A stretch of DNA of 64,000 nt from Magallana gigas (lineage: Eukaryota), in the NCBI RefSeq assembly GCF_963853765.1, contig NC_088862.1, positions 3,286,001 to 3,350,000 on the forward strand. Direction: 5' to 3'. Under the pieces are notes generated by a model. It did not search any database. It saw only the letters and a list, made by a program, of their open reading frames with translations, and was not told the origin of the DNA. Both the position numbers and the translations under genes were made by a program. Positions within the stretch are counted from its first letter, which is position 1, and each line of letters opens with the position of its first letter. Below, in pieces: positions 8,943 through 20,468 of the stretch.

Positions 8943-11899
8943 ACTTATTTATATATTTTTTTATTGAGCAAAATCAAAATTTATTCTGATAAATGGCAAC
9001 ACACTTTTTTTTGTCAATAATCTTCACACTAATTACCTTTAGTTATATTTTGTTTTAACCAAGCTGAATAATATTGGATGAATATAAAAGTTGTCTCTTG
9101 TCAATTCTACGCTACAAAAAGTAAAGGTTGTTCTAAACCAAGCTAGTTTTTGCAATAATTACAAACTTCTGTACGTTGTAGGCCTACAATTGCAAAGTTG
9201 GTGTTATATAGTTTTCGGCTGAATTATTTTAGCATTTGATAAATGCAAATGATAATTGATTCAAAATAATGGTGGCTTCTCTACCTTCCTGTATCCATAT
9301 GAAAGGATGTATATAACAGAACTCAAGAAGTTCTGTGATATTTTCGTTCGGTAAACATAAGTATCCATTAGACTCGTTACAACTGATTGCAGACGATCTT
9401 TCGTTCCATTCTGTTTGATTTCTAGGACAGAATTCTGTTGAGTAAACTGGAAACTCATAACCATCCAGCTTTTTCTGAAAATTTTATATAAAAAAAAAGT
9501 TATTTTACATAACACTTTGTGAATTATCTTTTATTTCTCTGAGATAATTTATTTATTCTTATGATGTTAAAAAGGGCAGCGAAACTAGACAGGGAAATTT
9601 ATTATTACTCTAATTGTTATGCATATTAATTTTTATATATACTTATATATAAGAATTTAATACTTGAAGCAAATTGAGCATTGTGGTGAAATACAGTGAA
9701 TTTACATTTAATTAGGTATTATATATATTATCTCCTATCAAATCAAATTAATCAAAACAATTTGGAAAATATTGAACTTTTTAAAGAGAAAGAATTTTTC
9801 ACAGATCTTTCAATTAGTAAACGTGTATGGCAGTGCGGAATTCACTGATTGATCATGGAATTAATTTGAACCCTATGTTTTTTTTCTTAATATCAAGTTA
9901 CACAAAGCTTATTTTTTAATTAACGCCTGGAACTTTTCGGACGCTAAATCTGTTAAAACAAAGAAGCGGAATGCTTTGTTTCAGGAACTGTTAGTCTCTA
10001 GTTAGAACAAAATTGTATAATTATATCTGTTTCCATGTCGATTATTTAATGCTTGTACCGGATAGTAATACCAGTTTGAAGCATATAACTACTTTTGTTT
10101 TTTGTGTCTCCTGCCTGTTGGGCGAGAAAATTTTACTTTGAATAATGTTTATCCAATGGGAATATGATGTGAGTTTTCTTATATTTTTATATTTCTTATA
10201 GAATAAGATTACATTATATATACCATGCGGGTATCTAAAAGAAAACATTACGGTAGGAAATTCTATATGTCATGCTAGAAAATGTTTTTCCTTAAGAAAT
10301 CGTTTTCTAATGATATTAAATTACATTTTCGATAATTGGCTCACCTGTGACATGGAAACGCTAAAGTAAAGGGGTTAAATTACTCCATAGGGGAATAGGG
10401 GTATGGTATTTGGCACAATGTTTGGTTTTGTTAGAATTGGCGAGTGCAAAAAGGAAGTACCGTATGGAAGTTACAGTTACTTCAGATATTGGATATATTT
10501 TTCTGACAATGACATTGTTTATATCTAAAAGCTAGTCCATTTTTTAAGAAAGTATAAAAATACTGTCGTTTCTATCTTGTTTATGCCACAGTTTTCGCCC
10601 GTTTTTAACCCTTAAAGCAGATTGTTTTGCTACGCATATGTCAACGTTACCCATTTTCTAAATAGCAATGAATTGATGCACAAATTTTATTTATTTCCGG
10701 CATTTCATAACGTTTTACGATAACATGCATAGTTATTGGAACATAATATTGTTATTTGCATCATATCTTTTTTTAATAATTATTAAATACAATGGACACG
10801 GCGCACCAGACCAGAAAAAAGCGCTGAACAATAAAGCAGGAAGAGGAAAATGAAACTATTGATGGGACATGGTGACACACAAACCCATGATTCAGCAAAT
10901 ATCGAGTTTACAAGATTTCCTCATATTTTATATATCATATGATAAGATGAACTTTTGAAAAATTACGGTGTTCAAAAGTTAATAAATCAAATTAAAAAGA
11001 GAAAAATAGAATTACGCGTTGGGCCAATACGAACATATTGAGTTTTTCTTCCGCTTCACAGCCACGCAGGCGCAGGGGAAAGTAAATACTACAGCGTGGT
11101 GTACATCGAATAGCTTCAAATTCAAATTCTTCTTTCAGTGTGTCAATCCTATTGTAACTATATTTAGACTGAAATCGCAATCACGTGACACTAAACCAAT
11201 GTCCAAAACAACCCATTTGTGTACATGTGCAATTTCCAGATGAGTTAAATGATCTGTAAATGAATAGGTGATGACTTATGATGCGAAAAACCTTCCGTAT
11301 GATGAAATCTCTTTTTATTCTCGTTGTCATAATAAAAAATCTATTTTAAGTCACCGTGCCACTTTAAGGATTGAAATTAAGAAACTTGATAATCTAAATT
11401 CATATTGGTATGGAAATAGACCCCTTTTTGATAAATATTGACGAAAATATTAATAATTCTTAGAAATAAAGTTATTTACTTTTAAACCTAAGAAGAAAAA
11501 CGGGACGAAACTAGTCCAAAATTGTATAGAAATATTGATAAAAATATAAATAATACTGATAAGCTTTACGTGTGATAAGTGCATTTAAAAGGTGTGCGCA
11601 ACATAAATTCAACATAGAGAAAACAAAGACAAGAAGTAAAAACATTTACTATGAAACGCTTATTTTAAAACCTGCAACATTTGTGTATGTCATACTTATT
11701 TTACCATTATAATAATTAAAAAACCCATTAAATTTAAATATGCAGAAAGAGCTGCCATGTGGTTTTTCTGTGACTGTTATTATTCAAAACATACTGCATA
11801 TACTTAATCAAGTTAACTGTACATACTTACACACTCAAAGATGGGAGAAGACAAAAAAGATCCTAATAAAACAAAACATATTCGTGAGCTTATTTCCAT
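1201..11899 (-). CDS. Predicted single-pass receptor with Cys-rich ectodomain and cytoplasmic ankyrin array; join 11899-11831, 9474-9285, 8800-8690, 7018-6961, 6196-6009, 3740-1201 (3156 nt, 1051 aa)
   Basis: All five introns are GT-AG and the phases match in series (0,1,1,2,1), giving one open frame: MEISSRICFVLLGSFLSSPIFEC|KKLDGYEFPVYSTEFCPRNQTEW...|GLCLYL...|YPSCLAIGNGCFVAEPSCN|RTT...TM...CIRR|KLHLKK...ankyrins. The first five exons are well supported; the join to the ankyrin exon is inferred from phase, the acceptor and a CTAAT branch motif. Confidence 0.72.
3952..5035. mobile_element. Foldback MITE with long inverted arms, flanked by TTAA (Kolobok-like ends)
   Basis: TTAA-GGTGG...CGCC-TTAA; about 3960-4330 is the reverse complement of about 4660-5030 (e.g. 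gtaacgcactgtagagtt / aactctacagtgcgttac). Confidence 0.8.
5360..5767 (+). pseudogene. Degenerate L1/Tx1-type LINE ORF1 fragment
   Basis: DITNLRSRSMKDNILIHN...EDL...IKQLLGVDVEFVCIHR resembles the ORF1p DLENRSRRNNL motif; stops in the upstream part. Confidence 0.6.
6009..6196 (-). CDS. Receptor exon 5: S/T/N-rich stalk plus transmembrane helix
   Basis: ttttatgcttaacag|A acceptor and A|gtaaga donor; encodes TTNNFQDATE...DSVLVLLSSLSGVVLMAYVVCNLFFCIRR. Confidence 0.85.
6961..7018 (-). CDS. Receptor exon 4 (YPSCLAIGNGCFVAEPSCN)
   Basis: ctttgttttcaacag acceptor, AG|gtaggt donor, phase 1 to 2; not in the ORF track. Confidence 0.85.
8506..8589. repeat. Degenerate palindromic end of an interspersed element
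   Basis: tttattgcatga...caggaaat / atttcctg...tcgtgcaataaa inverted arms. Confidence 0.55.
8690..8800 (-). CDS. Receptor exon 3 (GLCLYLNKRFSRVNSKACQHFQSGCPNSSHQSLRNFQ)
   Basis: ggttttattttag acceptor, T|gtaagt donor, phase 1 to 1. Confidence 0.85.
8909..8937. repeat. (GT)n microsatellite
   Basis: Direct reading. Confidence 0.95.
9285..9474 (-). CDS. Receptor exon 2 (KKLDGYEFPVYSTEFCPRNQTEWNERSSAISCNESNGYLCLPNENITELLEFCYIHPFIWIQE)
   Basis: ttttcag acceptor, G|gtagag donor, stop-free in a frame different from the listed ORF; four Cys and three N-glycosylation sequons. Confidence 0.85.
11831..11899 (-). CDS. Receptor exon 1: signal peptide (MEISSRICFVLLGSFLSSPIFEC)
   Basis: accATGG start context, hydrophobic core, TGT|gtaagt phase-0 donor; an in-frame upstream ATG at 11920 is an alternative start. 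Confidence 0.75.
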
Positions 11900-13329
11900 G
11901 GTTTTCAACAGGAAGGTCATCACCCAGCGTCCAGGTACTTGTATGTTCTATCGAAAAAGCTAATTTATTTTAAATTCATGCACAATATAGTGTTAAAAAA
12001 CGTTCCGCATGTATCATATTTATGCTTTGTTACTTTAAGTTGCGGAAGTTATAGACACTGAATAGGAATGTTTCCGGCCATTTTATGACGCTAAAAAAAA
12101 GGAACCTAGCTTTTTGTAATAAAAGATTCCAATCGCATATACCGAATAAAAGTTTACTTGTACATGTCACGATTTTCTGAATAGAAATGGCGAATAACAA
12201 TTTCTTATTGAGTGTTCACTTGAATATCTAATCTGTTTTGCCACTTTCTTTGTTTTTAACACACACTGAAGTACAACCGACCAATACAATTTAAGTTCCT
12301 CCTTGTAATGGTCGATTAACTGTAATAGGGTTTACAAATCAAATTTCACTTATAAAGCATACATATAGGCCTATTTTTATTTAGAAATATTTTTTGAATC
12401 CGGTAAACAATATTTTTATGATTTTTTTTTTTAAATGACATTGTTTTACCGCGGGAAATGATTTTACTTCCATATGAGTTTGGTTGTATATAGAAATTAA
12501 CCCATGATATATAAAATATGTCATAAATATTTATACGCACAAATCTTCATGCACACAACAAAATGAAAATTTCGGGTAGCAACTAAATTATTTTTTCCCA
12601 AATAACTTCTAGCGTTATTTAGACAATGGTAATCTTTCTCTGCATTGGCAACTTGAAGCTTCTCTTATACGCATTATAGAAATAAATAAAATTGAAAACG
12701 ATTTAAATGAAATACTGTAGATTTAATCTTTTCATAAATAAATATAACATATGATAACAGACGTAGAACAAAGAAAATATGATCGTTGACAAAAAGGTCA
12801 AGATGAAAATGTTTAGAAAAAGATTGAAAAAAAAAATCAATAATGTCCAAGTATCTAAGCGTCAAGCTATTATTTCTTACAGAAAAAATAAAACATATTG
12901 TATACAATTTTCTTGATAAATGTATGTATATATTAAACATTAAATAGATAATTTTTTTGCAAAATTCATTATCACATATATAAACTTTAAAGTTAATAAT
13001 AATAAAAAAAATCAATATACAAACATAATAAACACCGTGGTTGGAAAAGAAACAAAAAGTCAATGGGTTTCATCGCTCATCAGATCTACACGTATACTTG
13101 TAATGAACAACGAACAATAAAGCAGTATCTAGTTTTGATAAGTCACCAAATAACAATAAGAGGACCAAATGTAAATATTCAACAAAAACTTGAAATTTGA
13201 AGACAAAATCCGAAGAAAGTCAATCAGTGCCTTCTTACTTTTTTTCAAAATAAAAATTGCTTCCTTGGTTTTCAATGCAATGTCAACATCAAGGGATTCT
13301 TTTGTATCTGTCCCTAGTTCACAATTTTA

Positions 13330-13560
13330 CTCCTCAGAAGGCATGTGCAGATGAACAATCTAAAATGAAATTAAATCAACCGAGAAAGCTAAAATGTTAG
13401 GAATTTAATTTTGTAAACATTCGTATATTTTAAATTTAATCGGCCAAGTGGTTCCAGGAAAGAAGGTAAAAAAAATAATAGGTTAACAACAATGGTCAAC
13501 GACAAAAACAAAAATTCTGGTTAGAGCAATCATGAGCCCTTAGGTTAACAGATTCCTAAA
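13330..13560. mobile_element. Degenerate remnant resembling non-autonomous Helitron-type bivalve repeats
   Basis: aatcggccaagtggttcc.g.aaagaag...acaac...gagccctt motif order recalled from such repeats; not searched. Confidence 0.35.
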
Positions 13561-13574
13561 AACATAACAAAGCA

Positions 13575-14160
13575 AAGAACTATACATGATATGATTCAAA
13601 TTTGGCCATAAAAAATTCGCCATTTTTTTAAGTGTTTCGGGTACAATAAATTATGTTATTTTTTAGAAGAGTTGTAATAAAATATATTTTTCACCTATTC
13701 ATTAGATTCATTTGCACTCACTTGCAGTATAGGACGTCAAAAGTGACGCTATTTTTATAATTCAATCAAAATCAGTCAAAAATTGACATTTTTCTTTTCT
13801 TTTTACGAATGGGAAATTAAGAGCGACGCTTTGAACAGGGAATTTTTTTGGACACATATTAGTCTTAGCTAGAAACATCTCTGATTAAATTATTTTGTTT
13901 GTTCAAGCATGCGCTCTACGTTTTCTGAAGAAAATCTGCTTAAAAACAAGCCATTTTATGCTACAAATTCAAAAAAGGCAGGAAAAGGTTATCTTTACCA
14001 TGTCATAATTCTAAATTGTGGGCCCTTGAATCAAAATGAAATTATGAAAAAAATATCACGTATATATATTTGTACAAAGAAAGCAAAGAATTAGTAAGAT
14101 GATGATGTTGATTTTACAGGGGGGGGGGGGCATTTTAGGCCCATATCATATATAGTCCTT
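13575..14160. mobile_element. Non-autonomous TIR element, apparently full length
   Basis: Ends aagaactatacatgata / tatcatatatagtcctt are inverted; interior homologous to 288-770. Confidence 0.7.
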
Positions 14161-14572
14161 TATGATTGAAACTAAACTTACACTTAATACATTCATAAAC
14201 TTAAAATATATGAACCCTGTCATAAATAAATATATGAAGTCAGATCTACAAGTACACTGGTTATAAAAAATTAAATGATAATTGAACACCACCACATATA
14301 AAAATATCATTGAAACATATAACACAGAGACAGATATCAAATACAATAATCTTCCTGTCCTTCAAACATTCACCACCGTTTGTGATTGCCCTGGATGGTT
14401 GATATTCAATATTGCATGTTTTTCTTTAAAATATTATGGTTCATTAATTCCAACCCTTTTATTTATATAACCCTTCAGTGAAAATGAATCTAAATTCAAA
14501 ACGTTAAATACATGCAAAATCAGTAATTTGTAAAATATATATTTACAAACTTGTTTTATATTAGAATAAAAG

Positions 14573-14751
14573 TATAGTCAAACTTCGTTATCTCGAACTA
14601 GATGGGACTATTTAATTAGTTCGAAATATCCGAGTATTCGAGATATCGAGGGTGAAATACTAAAAAAATAAGTGGTTGGGACTTACAAATCACTTCGACA
14701 TATCCATTGTATTCGAGATATTTGTGTTCGAGATATCGAAGTTTAACTGTA
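14573..14751. mobile_element. TA-flanked MITE (Tc1/mariner-pogo type)
   Basis: TIR tagtcaaacttcgttatctcgaac / gttcgagatatcgaagtttaactg; partial inverted copy at 27575-27713. Confidence 0.8.
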
Positions 14752-15152
14752 GTTTATCAAAGAGAGATCTATGTGTTGTTGATCAGAATGAGCAATGTAC
14801 CTTAAATCAGCAAACATCCCTACGTACCACTTTACTTTAAATACTGATTAACCATTTTATTTCAAATAGTGTTATTTATAACTTTATATTTTATTGTACC
14901 TAAAACATCACAGGGATTAGGGAAAATCTATTCTAAAGACTGATGTAAGTTTTCATTTTGACTTTGAATTTTAAATGTTAATTTCATTGAACATTTATGC
15001 AGTAGCATTTTTAACAAGCTATTGTTGTTAAACAATCACAACCAAAACATGCTCAGAGTCACAAATTTTTCATGTTTTTAGACTTCGGTTTACACAAACA
15101 ATTTTAACCATTCCTACATAACTGTTAATTCACAAAATTAGTCATATAAATC

Positions 15153-15155
<3 letters not shown>

Positions 15156-15225
<70 letters not shown>
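15156..15225. repeat. (CT)n microsatellite
   Basis: Direct reading; lies in the 3'UTR region of the transporter gene. Confidence 0.95.
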
Positions 15226-15229
<4 letters not shown>

Positions 15230-15299
15230 TAGTGATTACTAACACTGGAAAAGCTATTTATCCAATGGAATTCATTCTTTCAGCAGATTAACTCCTATT

Positions 15300-15590
15300 T
15301 CAGCCAATAGGTGTAGTACCAAGTGTTGTTGTGGAGAAAGGAAAAGCAGTAGTTCCATTGGCCGAGGGCTGGTCATTCTTACAGTAGGGCATCTCATTAC
15401 CATGACTACAAGAAAACCCCTCGGAGAGATCGACAAGAGCCACTACAGTACCAAAAACCATTACAAGAGTTCCGAACACAGCAATGATAATGGGAATAAT
15501 ATTGGTCTTGGAGAGAATGGGCTCCTGTCGCAATTTCATAACACAGACTGGAGGGATGATGAAAGCCAAAGGTGAAGCAATCAGAACACC
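15300..15590 (-). CDS. SLC38A11: SLC38A11 last coding exon (GVLIASPLAFIIPP...TTPIG*)
   Basis: attttcag acceptor, phase 0, TGA at 15300. Confidence 0.9.
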   Translation of the reverse strand, partial: GVLIASPLAFIIPPVCVMKLRQEPILSKTNIIPIIIAVFGTLVMVFGTVVALVDLSEGFSCSHGNEMPYCKNDQPSANGTTAFPFSTTTLGTTPIG

Positions 15591-18500
15591 CTGAAAATTA
15601 ATAATCAATTAATAATTAATACTTAATGAATTACTGTAGAATCCTTATTTTACAAGAGTTATTAATTCTGCGATCCCATCACTTTGTATCACATCATGAG
15701 AATATGAAATAGTGAATTTTTATCCTAATTTCTTATAGTTCTCAACTCTCTTAAAATTAAAGCAAGAATTTAAAATTTGCAAGGGGTGCTTCTCAAGATT
15801 TTCCGCGGATATTAATTCTTTGCGTTAAGTAATGAACCTACAGTAATTATAATGAACATGATGTATGGATAAATTAATTAAATTATTTTAATGGATTACA
15901 ATTATGAGAAGCATTCAGCAACATTTAGCATATCCATTTTAATATTTGCAAGAACCTTTATTTATACAGAGCAACAGGCTTACAGTAAGTTTTGAGGACA
16001 AACAATTTTAATTCGGTCCTTATAAATACACTTTTTGACCAAACTGACCTCACTGTATACATGAATTTGCAATAAGAATGTTGAATTAAAATCAATCAGA
16101 AAGTTTAAACTTACATTAAAGGTTAGCACAATGCCTAGACAATCTGTTGTCAAGGATATAACAACAGTTAGAATGACAACACCTATAGTGACGCCAAGAT
16201 GCCGCCATGTTGGTGAGGGATCTTGGGAAGGGAAAAATGCATTTTCTATGACCTGTTGAATAAAACATTATCATTTATAATGTTATGATTATACATGATA
16301 TGGCATTATAACTTTTAACTTTAAAAGAGATAGACAAATTATTTGTTTATTTTCAATTGCAAGGTTAAAATTGAGTGTCATAAATATATCACTAGAATAA
16401 GCATGTTATATTTTAGCTCCTCTCCCATCCTTCCTTTCAAAATAATCATTGAACTTTACACACACTTTACCTCCTTAGAAAAAATAAATATTAAAGCTTA
16501 CTGAAGAGCTACAAATAATAGTGTATATAGGGTTATCATCGCCCCATGTTATTTTCATCCCCTGTTATTTTTCGCCTTTCTCCACTTGCAAACAGTTTCT
16601 CTTAATTCACCAAGTCAAACTTGTGTTTTAAGAGAGATACTCTGAGCCATTTGAGTTTGCCCAGTATTCTATTAGCTCGTTGACAGTGAGGGAAAAAGGG
16701 GCTCGAGAATAATATGAAAGGGGGCATATTTTCTTTTGTTATACTTTCATGTTAAATACTGAAATCTGATTGGTTAAGACGCAGTTAATAATATTTTATA
16801 TTACCCTCAGCGTTAGCAACGCACTTAGCAACGGGTAACATTAAAAAATGTTACATGCGCGAAAATTATGCGCGTACGGTTCGCTGTAGAATTCACGTTA
16901 TTCCTATATAAAAGCAGTAAAATTTTCTTAAAAATTTAAAAAAAGACATTCAGTATAACAAAATAAATAGTGCCTGTTTGGGAGGATAACAGTTGAAATT
17001 GACACCCCTCGAAAACCATTGTCAACCTCCGCTTCGCGTCGGTTGACAATGGTTTTCTCGGGGTGTCAATTTCAACTGTTACCCTCCCAAACAGGCACTA
17101 TTTATATAGTATCAACTGTAGCCAAGTTTTGAATTTAGCATTGAAAATTAGATAAATTGTAAATCCTTATAATTTTTGCTAGCTTATATATTGTAGATTG
17201 GTTTATAAAGGTAAAAGTCCAGACCTCTCTTGTGACAAAGCATTCTATTGGGTAGGTCAGCATGATGCTGAGAGCAAAGACAAATCTAGAGACATTCATC
17301 AGGTCATCGTCATGGCAATAGTTTTCTAAAAGGTCACCTGTTAAGAAAAAAAATATACTGTAACTAAATCCATTAGGCACTATATTAGAGGAGTTTAGAA
17401 GAGTTGTTCATTACAAGAGATCGTTTTTCTACAATCAGAAGGAATTTTTAACTGAATAAGCACATTACATCCTCCAAAATTTAAAATTAATTATTAGAAG
17501 AGTCTGACTTAAAACTTGATGAATAAAATATTTTGATGAATACACTGTAACCAGTGATAACGACTGGACTGTCTTACCCTGTGTATGTCCAGTAAAGGAC
17601 ACGTATCCCAGAATTCCCAGGATCAGCATGAGCGTCATGGAGAATCCAATGCTGAGGTGGGTGACCAAACTCCAGCGCTGGTGGGTGGGGTTCTCCAGAG
17701 ACCCATGAATCAGGAATGTGTTGTGGTGACACATGTATGCTGCATTGGTACAAAAGTAGGTTATTGTGACACATTTATGCTGCAAAAGTACAAAAGTAGG
17801 TTATAGTGACATATTTATGAACATGTACAAAAGTAGGTTAAATTGACACATGTTTGCTGCACATGTATAAGATTGGGGAAAATTACTTCCTTTTTTGAAC
17901 CCATATTCTGTAAAATAAAACATTACTATAATTATCCAATTCAATCCAGTTCTAATTTAACAACAGAATATCTAGAGAATAGAGATATTCTCCAGCAACT
18001 GCACAGCGGTAATATTTCTAAATATTTTATCAAACAACTTTACTCTTTTACTACTGCTGTGTGTAAGTATGCAACACAGTGATGTTGAAAATAAAAAAGT
18101 AAATTTAGATTTTGCAAATCAATCATTTGTCAAATAAGATGTATATTCATGTTGATTAAGGGATAAATACATCCTACAACAATACACACTATCATTAATC
18201 AAGAAAACAGAAATATTTGAAAAAAAAAGCTGAGGTGTTAAACAAATGAGACAGACTACTTCAAACTAAATTCACAAAACTGAGGCAACATATTCACAAC
18301 ATAAAACTTGTTACAAAATAGTCAAGAATTTATTTTTTTAAAACTCACCAAAAGCCATAATACCAACAGCTTGGGCTATATTATAATTAGCCACATACCA
18401 AGCATCTTCTGTAGGTGGTCTGCAACATCACAAAAAATGATAATTCTAAATCATAAGACAGTAGTCATCAGTTAAGTGTATTTGCATAAAACCACAGAGT

Positions 18501-20425
18501 ATACTGTGGAATCATTAGAATTCATGGTGGCTAAATTTTTGTGGTATTCATGGGTAAGCCCACCCCAACAAACTTACATCCTCGACAAAAAAAAATTTTG
18601 AAAGGTTAGTTTTCTTATTGAAAATGAAAACCAACACATCCTGGAATTCCCATGAATAAGTAAAAAACCCACAATTTATGAAAATGGACCCCACAAATAA
18701 AAATGATTCCAAAGTATTTGTAAGCACTATGCTTTAATTAAAAAAATACTCTAGAGTACTCAAAGGGTCTTATAGACAACAGTTACACCATCACTTTTCT
18801 GGTATATCCATGTATGAATTTTAGTTTATTGTTTTGAACGTTGAGTACTATAAGGATCTTTTAAACACCAGTTACATCATCTCATTTTTGGTCTGCCTAC
18901 AAAAGAAGTGACTCACTCACAGATTCAAGCTTTTAAGCCTGTCTAGACCTTCCAGGTTAATAATGTAAAATCAATACCAAATGTAATAGTTATAGATCAC
19001 TGGGGAAAAAAACATATTAGCCATCTGCTTCTTAAGTTTGCAAAAATGATTACTCCAGACCTGCTTTTCACAGCTCTTTTTTTTCACCATATACAGTATC
19101 TCCTTTTTGAGATTTTAAGACATACCCTAAAGGAGCACGGAACCTTATTTAAACCTTCGTTTTCATACCAGCATGCATATAATATATTACATATAATTTG
19201 TTATAAATGTAAAGGAAGGGACAAAGTCAGTACTTACAATACTCAGTTTAACTGATCTGGTCATAATTTTTTTTTAAAACAAGAATCTTAAATGGTCCTT
19301 TTAGGAATAATATAATATACATGAAGTTTAATTTGAGTCATAAAGTTTCAAATGAGAAGTATGCATAAGTTTTTCTTTAATTCCATTGGGTCTGCTAAAG
19401 AAACTGTGGTTTCATCAATATTTATTGAATAATGGATTTAATTTTTGAGTTCATCAGAGAAACCAAATGTTCATTGAAATACAATTTCTAAAAGCATATT
19501 TTTAATGCTAAGATCACTGACCCAATTTTTACATATTCTTGAAACTGTGATTTTCACAAGATCCACGAAACTTGATGCCCATGAATGGATATCTAAGGAA
19601 CCATAGAGTGCTAGATGTTTTAACTTATAGTTCAGCAATAATGATTGAAAACACTTACATTTCTTTGACATATTCTCCTGTCCTTATACAAATTGTGACC
19701 AATATAAAGAAGACAAAGATGATGGAGAGGAAGGCCCACTGAAATAGAAAACCAAATACTGTAAACAAACTATTATTCGCAACAACTTTATTTCGCGATT
19801 TACCCGAGATGAACTGGTTCGCGACAACTAATTTCCGCGACCAAGCCTTATCTACACCTGGTTTTTTTTTATAACAACTATATGGCAAATACTGGTTCGC
19901 GGCAAGAAATATTCGAGATAATAAGGCCCTTGCGAACATCGCGAAAATTTCTTGCACGCAAATAAAAGTTCATTTACAGTATATTAAACTCTTTTACAGT
20001 AACTGTAACACTTACAATACAGTACAATACATATGTAGCTATCATTATATACTGATACTCTACATTCCTTTATTTTAAGCAAGTACTTAATTCTGTCAAT
20101 TTGGGTCAAATCACGAGATAAATTATGCTATATCATGAAATTTTGATATACATGACTGTATTAAATCAAACTTCATAACTCCATGAAAAATAAAAGTGTG
20201 ATTCTAAAACCCGCAATAGGTGCAACAGGTGCTTAATATTAAGTTCCTTACAGTTTATAAGATAAAGACAGTCATTATGTCTGGTTGATATTTGTTTTGC
20301 ATTAATTGCTGGTGACAATTTTTCAATAAACATGCCGAAGTAATCACAGCAATGAAAATAAATTGTCTTTAGTTTTTTTGTTAATCAAATTGGTAGGAAG
20401 CAACATCTCTCTCTCTCTCTCTCCA

Positions 20426-20468
<43 letters not shown>

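Noticed and set aside
9261-9515. Listed 84-aa ORF
   Set aside because: Wrong frame; the real exon lies in another frame (9285-9474).
1201-11899. Calling the receptor Notch
   Set aside because: No EGF, LNR, RAM or PEST regions, and far too many ankyrin repeats.
17574-17806. Two overlapping ORFs (17574-17774 minus, 17585-17806 plus)
   Set aside because: Alternate-frame and antisense shadows of SLC38A11 exon 10.
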